In this document: positions 12,604-23,573 of the stretch, piece after piece
Numbering within the stretch: the stretch's first letter is position 1
How the letters are laid out: every line of letters begins with the position of its first letter
Assembly (NCBI GenBank): GCA_024679065.1
Contig: JAGIQG010000040.1
Location: forward strand, 8,680,001-8,744,000
Reading direction: 5' to 3'
Length of the DNA stretch: 64,000 nt
Origin: Sphyrna mokarran
Taxonomy: Eukaryota
Position numbers and translations under genes: made by a program
Notes under the pieces: generated by a model
What the model saw: only the letters and a program-made list of their open reading frames with translations
Told to the model about the DNA's origin: nothing
The model's database searches: none

Positions 12604-13378
12604 TAAGCTTTTTCCTAGGATGGACTCGAATAGCACGAGGGGTCACGGCCTCAGGGTGAGGGGGGTAAGGTATAATTTGGATGCTAGAGGGAGTTTTTTC
12701 ACACAGAGGGTGGTGGGCGTATGGAATGCACTGCCCAGTAAAGTGGTGGAGGCAGGTACTCTGGAGTTATTTAAGAAATACTTAGATGGGCACATGAACA
12801 GAATGGGAATGGAGGGGTATAGAAAACTGATTTAAAGTAGGGATCATGAGCCTTGGGAGTCCCTGGGAAGTGTGTAAATAGACGACGATATTCATGTACT
12901 TGTTTTTATCCTACAGGTGCTTTGGTCCACCTTGTTGTCTAACAAGGGGCATACACGCGATGGGTCATGAGAGGACTGCTCTTGAATCTTTTTCGAGAGT
13001 ACCCTAGTGCTTCACATTGTTAGTGTATGCTTGACCTGGACCGTCTGATGGGCAACACGACAGCTCAGTGACTATCGCTGTGCTGTGCAGATACATGGAT
13101 TTGGGCCTGTGTCGGTGGGAGTTTGCTCATTCTCCCCGTGCTTGCGTGGGTTTTCTCCAGGAGCTCCGGTTTCCTCCCACATCCTAAAGATGTGCTCTTA
13201 GGTTAATTGGCAAAATAAATTCTCCCTAAATTGTCTCAAATTTGGTTTTTAATCCATAGATCTATAAACATGGACAGGGGTCGTGGGTAGAGGTGGGAAC
13301 ATCGGGGTGGCGGCGTGGGCTCGTTGGGCCGAAGGGCCTGTTTCCCATGCTGTTTTGTTCTTTGTTCTTTGTCCTTTG
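12604..13378 (+). mobile_element. Long-3'UTR CR1, copy A
   Basis: ORF2 end (TRGHGLRVRG...FFTQRVVGVWNALP...RKLI*), a ~540-nt 3' UTR and a (TTCTTTG)n tail. Near-identical to copies C and D. Confidence 0.88.
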
Positions 13379-13659
13379 GTCTGGCGGCAACTCTAAGGAG
13401 ACAAAAGAGCTAACGTTTCGGGTCCAGACGACCCTTTGTCAAAACTGAGATTTTCGGAAATACGGCTCTAGGGGTTGGGAGGTGATTCAGCATGTTAAGG
13501 GATTGGAGGATGTTACATAGATAGGGAGGGGGTGTAGGGACTGAAGCAGGTTACAGAGGTCTGGAGGGATGTAAAAGGCTGCAGATGGTTACAGAGATAG
13601 GGAGGGTGTGTTGGAGCTGGAGGAGGTTACAGACATAGGGAAAGGTAAGGGTAAGGGTT

Positions 13660-14110
13660 ACCACCTAACCTGCACATTTTTGGACACTAAAGTCAATTTA
13701 GCATGGTCAATCAACCTAACCTGCACATCTTTAGACATTAAGCGACAATTTATCATGGCAAATCCATCCAACCTGTATATTGTTGGACAAGAAGTGGAAA
13801 TTTACCATGGCCAATGCACCTAACCTGCATGTCTTTGGGTATTAAGGGGCAGTTTAGCATGACCAATCCATTTAACCTACATATCTTCGGACACAATTGG
13901 ATAATTTTGCAGAGCCAATCCACCTAACCTGCACATATTTAGACACTGATGGGCAAGTTAGATGGCCACTGCATCTAACATGCACATCTTTGGACACTAA
14001 GGGACAATTTAGCATGATCAATCCATCTAATCTACACATCTTTGGACAATGGGAGGAATCCAGAGCACCTGGAGGAAATCCACGCAGACATGGATAGAGC
14101 ATGTAAACGT
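13660..14110 (-). repeat. 52-bp tandem array of a V-SINE segment running into the SINE body
   Basis: About 8 units of ggacactaaggggcaatttagcatggccaatccacctaacctgcacatcttt. Confidence 0.85.
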
Positions 14111-14179
14111 CACACAGACAATAACCCGGGGGTTTTCATTATTATTTTCCCACTCTGAAATTTCTCACTCTGCGTTCAA

Positions 14180-14480
14180 CACAGTGAAACAGTGGTTAGC
14201 ACTGCTGCCTCACAATGCCATGAATTTGGATCTGATTCCTGTCATGGGTCACTGCCTGTGCGGAGTTTGTACATTTCCCCCATATCAGTGTAGGCTTCCT
14301 CCAAGTGCTCCAGTTTCCTCCCACAGTCTGAAATGTATGTTGGTTAGGTGCATTAGTGATGCTAAATTCACCCTTAGTGTACCCGAATGGGCACAGGAAT
14401 GTGGTTACTGGGGGATTTTCACTGTAACTTCATTGAATTGTTGATGTACGTCTACCTGTGGCATGAATAAATAAATTAAT
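14180..14480 (+). mobile_element. HE1-like V-SINE
   Basis: agtggttagcactgctgcctcaca head, V-domain, (aata)n tail. Confidence 0.75.
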
Positions 14481-14671
14481 AACTACTTTCTCCATGGAGT
14501 GTTCTCACACCATTTAATAGGAGATATCTATTTTGGTGTCCAACTGATTGGCTCTTTCTTTAAAAACATTCATTATTATTCAGTATTTTTGATGAAAAAA
14601 ATTCAAGTTAATTGTTTGCTCAAATGTCAGCAGTGAATCAGCTACTTTGCTTCCATGTCCATTTTATTTGA

Positions 14672-15615
14672 TCACTGTGCTTTCCAACATAATCCAGGAA
14701 ATGAATGTGTGATGTCTCGTGTTTGAACGCGTTTGACAATCATCATCAGAGGATATTTAATACAGTTCCCTAACTCCTTTCTGAATTGACTCTGAGTAAC
14801 AGCATAAATAAAAGTGTTTGTGCAGCAGCTCAGGAGCTGGAGCATGAAACCAATTTCAGGTACAAATGTGGGCACATGAACTGAATATCCCAAGTAATCC
14901 AATCGTCTCACTATCGAACAGGACATAAACAATGCCCACAGCAGCATGAAATTCCCTGAGATTAGAAATAGTAAGACCATGGATTTCCGTCGCCTTCCCA
15001 TTTCTGGGTCATTGGAATTCTCGCCACTGCCCCGAATCTGGAGTCTCATGCGAGCCCTGCTGGCCAATAAGACGCTTCTGACCGTCAATACATTGAACAA
15101 TAAAATCAATACAAATGGTATAAACGGTGTTAAAATGTAATGCGTAAATTCAACAAGAGCCCAGGCCAGTGAGTGAGATGCATGAGGCAACACGTTGCAA
15201 AACCAAGGTGTGTTTGAAAGCCAGTACTTACTTGCATACAGAAAATACCAAAAAATGTTCTTCAAACAGCTCAGCACCGTCACTGTGACGAGAACCACAG
15301 TTGCTGTTTCTTCAGTGCAGTATTTAGCTTTTAGCTTCTGACAACTAATGGCCACAAATCGATCAAAGGTGAAAGTGACAGTGAACCAGACAGAACAGTC
15401 AGTGACGGCGTAAAGGACAACTGCGTGGATGTTACACACTCGAATGTACAACAGGAAAGTAAATTGCTCTCGATACACAATGGGAATATGCCTCAGGATT
15501 AGGTCAATGATGATTATCAGTAGATCAGCCGCTGCCATGGCAACCAGATAACGAATCACACACTTGGAGAGGCCACACTTTCCGCGAGACAAGATCACTA
15601 TCGTCAGCGTATTAA
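14672..15615 (-). CDS. GPR139-like class A GPCR, exon 2 (most of the 7TM)
   Basis: Acceptor ttctcctgcacacag|TT AAT ACG, then an open frame VNTLTIVILSRGKCGLSKCV...AMAAADLL...FTFDRFVAISC...LSCCTNTFIYAVTQ to the stop at 14672. Hydrophobic segments and DRF/NTFIY motifs are typical of elasmobranch 'probable GPCR 139' paralogues. Confidence 0.88.
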
Positions 15616-16055
15616 CTGTGTGCAGGAGAAAACAGAATGAAACTATCCAGCAAATTAGTATTAAAGTTTATTTACTAGTATCACGGGTAGGCTTATGTAA
15701 ACACTGCAATGAAATTGCAGTGAAACCCATGCAAGAACAAAAGAGACGAAAATGTCTTAGGTCACGTGTCAACTAACTCATAGAATCCCTACAGTGCCAT
15801 TCAGGTCATTCAGCCCATTGAGCCTGTACCAACCACAATTCGACCCAGACCTTATTCTTGTCATCCCATGTATCCTCACTGCTAATCGAGGAGGTTCTGT
15901 AATCCAATAGTGAACTAACAATATATTTGTGGTGCTCATAATTTCACGATGGTCAGGGGTGTGATGGAATGGTCCCCACTCGCTCGGATTGGTGCAGCTT
16001 CAGAAGCTTGACACCATCCAGAACAAAACAGCCCCGCTTTATTGACACCACATTA

Positions 16056-17725
16056 GCAAGAACAAAGAGCAACACAGCACAGGAAACAGGCCCTTCAGCC
16101 CAACGAGCCCGCACCGCCGTCCTAACGTCTTAATGACATATCCATGAATTTAGGCTATGCCTATTGTGGAAGATTCCCATATAGGGACCAATATAGGGAC
16201 AATTTGTTACCCAATCAGCCTAAGACCACATTTTTGGGATGTGGGAGCACCCGGAGAAAACCCACACAACCACGGGGAGAACGCGCAAACTCCCGCAGAC
16301 ACAGGCCCAAATCTATGTGTCTGCACAGCAACAGCGATAATCTCTGAGCTGTCACGTTGCCCATCAGATGGTCCAGTTTAAGCATACACTAACGACTTGA
16401 AGCACTAGGCCACTCCTGAAGCAACATCCAAGAGCAGCCCTCGCACGACCTGCCGAATGCATGCACCTTGTTGGTCAACAAGGTGGACCGAATTGCCTGT
16501 GGAAACAAATAAGATATTTAGACAGTCCTGCTATATCCCTCTATCTGCAAACCGCTCATGTGGCTGTCCAAGAGAGCCTTAAACAACCCTAGCGTGCCTG
16601 CTCCCACCACCTTACTCGGCAGTGCATTCCACACCCCCACTACCCTTTGTGTGAAAAACTGCCCTCTAATATTCGTCTTATACATAGCCCCCTCACCCTA
16701 AGGCCGTGACCCCTCGTTCTATCCATTTCTAATGGTGGAAAAAGCTTACCACCATTTACTCTATCTATACCCCTTATAATCTTATATACCTCTAATAGAT
16801 CCCCTCTCAGCCGACGTCTTTCAAGGGAAAACAACCCCAGTGTGTTCAATCTTTCCTCGTAAGACAGCCCTTCCATACCAGGCAGCATCCTGGTAAATCT
16901 CCTCTGCACTCTCTCCAAGGCCTCCACATCCTTCCGGTAGTACGGCGACCAGAACTGGACGCAGTACTCCAAGTGAGGCCTAACCAACGTTCTAAACACT
17001 TGCAACATCAGACTCCTACTCTCGTATTCTATGCCCCTTCCTATGAAGGCTAACATACCATACGCTTTCTTTATCACATTCTCCACCTGTACTAACATCT
17101 TCAGAGACTTGTAAACCTGCACCCCCAGGTCTCTCTGCGTCTCTATACTCCGGATAGTTTTACCTTTTATCCTATAACTCCCCTCTACATTATTCTGGTC
17201 AAAATGCATCACCTCGCATTTATCCAGATTAAATTCCATTTGCCATCTATCTGCCCAATCTACCAGCCTATCTATGTCCTGTTGTATTGCCTGGCACTGC
17301 TCCTCAGTACCCGTCAATCCAAGCATCTTAGTGTCATCAGCAAATTTGCTGATTACACCACCTACCCCCTCTTCCAAGTCATTTATATAAACCACAAATA
17401 GAAGAGGTCCTAGTACTGAGCCCTGTGGCACACCACTAGTGACAGACCTCCTGTTGGAAAAAGAGCCTTCCACTACTACCCGCTGTCTCCTCCTCCCAAG
17501 CCAGTTCTCAACCCATCTACATACCTGGCCCTGTATCCCATGCGCCTTAACCTTTTCTATCAGCCTATCATGAGGAACCTTGTCAAACGCCTTACTGAAA
17601 TCCATGTAGACGACATCAACGGCTTGTCCTTCATCAACCGTTTTTGTCACCTCTTCAAAAAATTCCACTAGATTCGTAAGGCGCGAGCTCCCCTTAACGA
17701 AGCCATGCTGCGTATCCCTGATCAG
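16056..17725 (-). mobile_element. Long-3'UTR CR1, copy B (diverged subfamily), in the GPCR intron
   Basis: RT frame in ORF 16640-17797 (QHGFVKG, YMDFSKAFD, FADD), and a 3' UTR homologous to copy A. It splits an older LINE (LDTIQ...|IHSLHHRR..VCAIYKMHC, about 15940-16055 and 17726-18115). Confidence 0.9.
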
Positions 17726-18119
17726 ATCGCAGCAAACATCCACTCCCTCCACCACCGACGCACAATAGTAGCAGTGTGTGCTATTTACAAGATGCACTGC
17801 AGCAATTCACCAAAGATCCTTAGACAGCACCTTCAAAGCCCACGACTGCTTCCCTTTAGAAGGACAAAGGCAGCAGATACATGGGAACACTACCAACTGC
17901 AAGTCCCATTCTAAGCCACTCACCATCCTGAATTGGAAATATATCGGCTATTCCATTGCAGTCACCGGATCAAACTCCTGGAATTCCCTCTATAATGGTA
18001 TTATGGGTTAACCCACAGAACACGGACTGCAGTGATTCAAGAAGGCAGCTCACCACCACACTCTCAAGGACCTACGAGGAATGGGCAATAAATGCTGGCC
18101 AGTCAGCGATGCCCATATA

Positions 18120-18870
18120 GAAACATGGAACCATAGAACATTACAGCACAGAAACAAGCCTTTTGGCTACTCTTGGTTGTGCCAAACCATTTTTCTGCCT
18201 AGTCCAATTCAACTACACCTGGACCATATCCCTCCACACCTCTCTAATTCATGTACCTGTCTAAGTTTATCTTAAATGATAAAAGTGAGACCACATTTAC
18301 CACTTCACCTGGCAGCTCGTTCCACACTCCACCAGTTCCTATGTGAAGAAGCCCCCTTCCCCTCTCAATATTCCCTTTAAATTTTTCCCCCTTCACCCTT
18401 AATCCATGCCCTCTGGTTTTTTTCTCCCTTAGCCTCAGTGGAAAAAGCCTGCTTGCATTCGCTCTATCTATACCCAACGTAATTTTATATACCTCTATCA
18501 AATCGCCCCTCATTCTTCAATGCGCCAGGGAATGAAATCCTATCCTATTCAATCGCTTTCTCTGTAACTCAGCTTCTCAAATCCTGGCAACATCTTCTGA
18601 ACTTTCTCTGATCTCGTTCAACCTTATTCATATCCTTTCTGTAATTAGATGAGTAGAACTGCACACAATACTCTAAATTCGGCCTCAGCAGCGTTTTATA
18701 CAACTTCACCATAACATTTCAAGTTTATACTTAATACTTTGATTTCTCAAGGCCAATGTTCCAAAAATACTCTTTACAACCCTATCTACCCGTGACACCA
18801 ATTTTAGGAATTATGTTTCTGTACTTCCACATCCCTCTGTTCTACTGCACTCTTCAATATCCCACCATAT
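18120..18870 (-). mobile_element. CR1 3' fragment
   Basis: MRGDLIEVYKI...TRGHGLRV on the minus strand. Confidence 0.8.
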
Positions 18871-19299
18871 TCCTGGAATGAATATAAAACAAATGGCCAA
18901 GATATTATGCATTTCTGAACAGTATCTCGAAATAACCCTCTTTGCCCAATTTTTGTCATGTCTATTTCTTCCACTTTTTGTGCAAACCATTCCAAATTAT
19001 ATCCCCATTTGGTCAGAATACGGTGAGTATGCGCAGTATGATTCACTGTGCCAGACTGCCCACTGGAAGATTACAGTCTTAACAATGTAACAACTCTCAC
19101 AAAATTCCATGCTGGGGAAATTGAAAATCATGGTTAACTAAAAGTCATGAATGAATAAATAGTAAATCTTCCAATCCAGGCACGGAATAACATTAACTCA
19201 GAGGTGATTAGCGTTATTGTCTCACAGTGCCAGGGACCCGGGTTTGATTCACGACTCAGGTCACTGTTTGTGTGGAGTCTCCAAATTCTCCCCATGTTT

Positions 19300-20620
19300 C
19301 ATTTGATTTATTATTGCCACATGTATTAACATACGTGAAAAGTATTGTTTCTTGCGCTATACAAACAAAACATACTGTTCATAGAGAAAAAAGGAGAGAG
19401 TGCAAAATATACCGTTATAGTTATAGCTAGAGTGGACAGAAAGATCAAATTAATGCGAGGTAGATCCACTCAAAAGTCTGATAGCAGCAGGGAAGAAACT
19501 GTTCTTGAGTCAGTCGGTATGTGACCTCATTTGTATCTAATTTTTTCCTGAAGGAAGAAGGTGGAAGACAGAATGCTGGGGGATCGTGGGGTTCTCAGTT
19601 ATGCTGACTGCTCTTCCCGAGGCAGCCGGAAGTCTAGACAGAGTCAATGGATGAGAGGCTGGTTTGCATTATGGATTGGACTGCATTCACGACCTTTTGT
19701 AGTTCCTTGTGGTTTGGGGCAGAACAAGAGTCATACCATGCTGTGATACAATCAGAAAGAATGTTTTCTACGGTACATCTGGAAAAATTGCTGAGAGTCA
19801 TAGTTGCCAAGCCAAATTTCACAGAACATAGAACATAGAACATAGAACATTACAGCACAGAACAGGCCCTTCGGCCTTCGATGTTGTGCCGACCAAAATA
19901 AAAAGCAATGCCCCTCCAAACTAAACCATTCCCTTCTCTTCCATATACTTATCAATTAACCTCTTAAACGCCACCAAACTTGGCGCATCTACAACAGCTG
20001 CAGGCAGGGCATTCCACTCCCTAATCACTCTTTGAGTAAAGAACCTACCTCTGATATCCGTCCTATAACTCATACCCCTTAATTTAAAGCTGTGTCCCCT
20101 CGTGCTAGCTTTCTCCATCCTAGGAAAAAGGCTATCACTGTCCACCCTATCTAAACCTCTAATCATCTTATATGCTTCAATAAGATCCCCTCTTAGCCGC
20201 CTCCTTTCTAACGAAAACAACCTCAAATCCTTCAACCTCTCTTCATAGGACCTGCCCTCCATACCAGGCAACATCCTGGTAAACCTCCTCTGTACCCTCT
20301 CCAATGCCTCCACATCTTTCTTATAATGTGGCAATATAATTTCCTTAGTCTTCCGAGAAAGTAAAGGCGTTGGTGGGCTTTCTTTAACTATAAGTGTCTG
20401 TGTGGGGGGAGCAGGACATTTGTTGGTGATCTGGACTACTAAAAACTTGAAGGTCTAGACTCTTTCTACTTCGTCCCCGTTGAAGTAGACATGGGCATGT
20501 TCTCCTTTATGTTTCCTGAAGTCGATGACACTCACCTTCCTTTCCTTGACATTGGGGGAGAGATTACTGTCGCTGCATCAATTTATTAGATTCACTATCT
20601 CATCCCTGAACTCTTTCTCA
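19300..20620 (-). mobile_element. Rex1/Babar-like LINE fragment
   Basis: TLSNFSRCTVENILSDCITAWY...KELQKVVNAVQSI motif; interrupted by a CR1. Confidence 0.7.
19822..20335 (-). mobile_element. Young CR1 3' fragment
   Basis: PHYKKDVEALERVQRRFTRMLPG... open to the stop; (TTCTATG)4 tail. Confidence 0.92.
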
Positions 20621-21029
20621 TCTGTGTGGGTTTCTTCCGGGTGCTCCAGTTTTTCTCCCACAGTCATAATGACCTGTTTTTTAGGTGCATTGGCCATTCT
20701 AAATTCTTCCACAGTGTAACTGAACAGGCGCCAGAGTGTGGTGAAACTAACTTCATTGCAGTGTTAATATGAACCTACTTGTGACACTAATAAATAAATC
20801 TATAAAACTTAAAATCATTAAAACCAGGAATAGTCACACGATTAGAGACTGCGTGTGTGAGAAATATTTACAGCCTAACCAATCTGAATCATTGTTATCT
20901 ACACCACATATCTGCTCAGTAAGACTTGTGCAATGACGTAATTCACTGTATGCTGCCAGAATTATTTTTTTTTAAAGACCCTCAGTATTTTCAAAATGTA
21001 TAGACATTATTTGAAATCATTTAAAGTCT

Positions 21030-21330
21030 AATGTTTATTTGTTAATACCACAAATAGGCTTATATTAACAATGCAATGAATTTACTGTGAAAACCCCGTA
21101 TTAGCCACACTCCAGCACCTGTTCGGGTACACTGAGGGAGAATTTAGCATGGCCAATGCAATCTAACCAGTACATCCTTTGGGCTGCAGATGGAAACCGG
21201 AGCTCCCGGAGGAAACCCACACAGACACGGGGAGAATGTGCAAACTCGTCAGAGACAGTGACCCAAACCAGAATCGAACCCAGGTCCCTGTGAGGCAGCA
21301 ATTCTTGCCGCTGTGCCACACCAGCAACAC
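21030..21330 (-). mobile_element. HE1-like V-SINE
   Basis: A/B boxes (gtggcacagcgg..ggttcgattc), V-domain and tail. Confidence 0.8.
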
Positions 21331-21464
21331 TGCTTTACACAAAATGATCTTACCTTCAATTACTTTCAGCATTGTTAAGTTAGCAGCGTGAAAAAAATGG
21401 AAGAGCAGGAGGCATGGGTTAAGATTCCACGTTGTGCTGAACCCTGCCTCCTGCAGTAACCTAC

Positions 21465-21561
21465 CAGGAACACTGACTGCTGCTAGCACGGGGTAGTAAA
21501 TTTTTTGTATGTCTTCGAGCGCCCACAGAATCCTGAGCTTGTCCAGAAAAGAAAGCGTCAT
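21465..21561 (-). CDS. GPR139-like GPCR, exon 1 (N-terminus to the start of TM1)
   Basis: MTLSFLDKLRILWALEDIQKIYYPVLAAVSVP followed by donor G|gtaggt. Its phase 1 matches exon 2 (G+TT=Val), giving a 1041-nt CDS and 346 aa. The first in-frame ATG was used; the true start is uncertain. Confidence 0.8.
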
Positions 21562-21929
21562 TTTCACCCTATAGGTAAAGATTGATGACCCGATTCTTCT
21601 GTTGCCGGGAGTGATCCCCCGACTGACACCTTGGATATATTCCTCCTTATTTATAGGAGAACGAATCCACAGAGTCAGAAAATCTCGTGGCGATTTCACT
21701 TATTCATAGTCACTGAACAAACAGCTATTTCAACAGCTATCGTCCCCGCGGGTTTATGAGGAACAACACATCTTCCAGGCATGGAGAGCTGTGTAAATAT
21801 TCTTTATTCCTATAATCTTAAGAAAAAATTCACATATATATTTTCTGACCAGAATTATCACAGGGTCATGATCTTGCTTTAATATCAATACCAGTTTTCT
21901 ATTTATACTGAATTCTGACTGCCATATTA

Positions 21930-22148
21930 AGGAAGGTTATGAAGGTTTGAAGAGGGCGCAGAAGAAGTTTACCAGGATGCTGGATTGGAGGGTCTGAACT
22001 ATAAAGAGAGGCTGTACAAACTTGGGTTGCTTCCTCTAGAATGACGGAGGCTGAGGGAAGACCTACTAGGACTCTGTAAAATGATGAGAGGCATAGATAG
22101 GGTTGATAGTCAGAATATTTTTCCCAGAGTTGAAACGTCCAATATTAG

Positions 22149-22193
<45 letters not shown>

Positions 22194-22450
22194 ACACTTA
22201 AGACGACGAATTCAAAGGAGATATGAGGGGTGAGTGTTTTTTTACACAGACTGGTAGGTGTCTGGAACGGAATGATGGCAGAGGCAGATATGAAAGGGTG
22301 TTTAAGGGGCTTTTAGATCAGCACATGAATAGGTGAAGGCCAGAGGGACACGGAGCAAGGGCAAGGAACAGGGATTAGATTAATTGGATGTTATGTTCGC
22401 CACAACATCGTGGGCTGAAGGGTCTGTTCTTGTACTGTACTCTAATGTTG
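21930..22450 (+). mobile_element. CR1 3' fragment containing (CA)n
   Basis: Degenerate ORF2 end; (CA)~22 at 22153-22197. Confidence 0.7.
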
Positions 22451-22589
22451 GTAACAAGAGTATCAGTTCAGAGAGACAAAGCCACACCTTTGAGCACCCA
22501 CACACATACTTTTTTCTGTTTCAAGAATAGCCTTTCAATGGATTAATAGGATCGTGGGGATTCCTTTTTTTTAGAAAAAAAAGAAATTG

Positions 22590-22935
22590 GTTTTGGGGCA
22601 CAGGCGTCACTGGCTGGCCAACATTTATTGCCCTTCCTGAGTTGCATTTGAAAAGCAGTTGAAAGTCAACCACATCGCTGTGGCTCTGGAATCCAGTGTA
22701 GGCCAGACTGGGCAAGGACGGCAGATTTCCTTCCATAAGGACATGAGTGAACCAGTTTTTTTTTCCTGACAATGTTCTCATGGTCATCAGTAGATTCCTA
22801 ATTCCATATTTTTTTTAGATGAATACCAATTCCACCATTCCCATGGCGGGATTCGAACTTGGGGTCTCCGAAATCTGAGCTGAGTTTCTGGAGTTAATAT
22901 TCTAGCGGTAGTACCACTTGGCCATCACCTCCCTC
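22590..22935 (-). mobile_element. tRNA-headed SINE (resembles the SacSINE1/DeuSINE type)
   Basis: gggaggtgatggccaagtgg...gttcgaatcccgccatgg head and a LINE-derived tail. Related pieces occur at about 29850-30170, 32010-32320, 40620-40890 and 56180-56480. Confidence 0.6.
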
Positions 22936-23573
22936 TCGTCGTCTTTCATTTAAAGGGCTAATGTTCAGTTAAGAGGTAAAGTTCAGTTGAGAGTTTATGA
23001 GTTGTAATGAATTTCATCAGGCAGTTGAGGTTAGCCCGCTGGACGGAGTAGTTCAGGGGTGGCTTTCCATACACACCGCCTCCCTTTCCACCCCTGCCAA
23101 CCTCAACTCGGCCGAACATCTGTAAGGTGTAACTCTCGTACTTAATTACAGGCATAGGACAGCCCCCACCCCCATCTCCGGCTAGCATTGGAAATAACCT
23201 GGGAGGGGATGCCCTGGAAAGCTGCAGATAATCGATAATCTTTATCCCCAGCGTAATGGAATCGTTTGTTATATTATTGCGTGAAATTAATTGCTGTTCT
23301 TCCTGAGAACAACAGTAGAGTTCCCACATCTTTAAGAAAGGGGATTTTATTTGAAGACGCTGCTACGGTTAATTGCTTAAATGTCCAGCACCATTCAAGA
23401 CTGCATGTGGCAGAACTGTGATGTTAGATCCTACCTGTAAAAATTCGGATCAGAGTGATTGTGCAATATATACATTGACATGTATTTGTGCAATATTAAT
23501 TTAAACAATGTGTTATAATTCATTATAATCATAGACAGGACCCATTCTAACATACGTACATATGAACAGAATG

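Noticed and set aside
12924-13100. Assigning the fold to 5S rRNA, SECIS, hammerhead or HDV ribozyme
   Set aside because: The length and 3-way junction recall 5S, but there is no sequence match. AUGA lacks the opposing GA and is not conserved in B or C. CUGAUGG has no GAAA partner. A possible GGUCA/UGACC pseudoknot fails in copy B.
10290-14050. Regular repeat arrays as CRISPR-like loci
   Set aside because: Vertebrate DNA; units are tandem with no unique spacers and derive from TE ends.
21562-21699. N-terminal extension of the GPCR from the ORF track
   Set aside because: It starts at GTG, and the nearest upstream ATG is out of frame and stops at once (ATG AAT AAG TGA). An upstream exon cannot be excluded.
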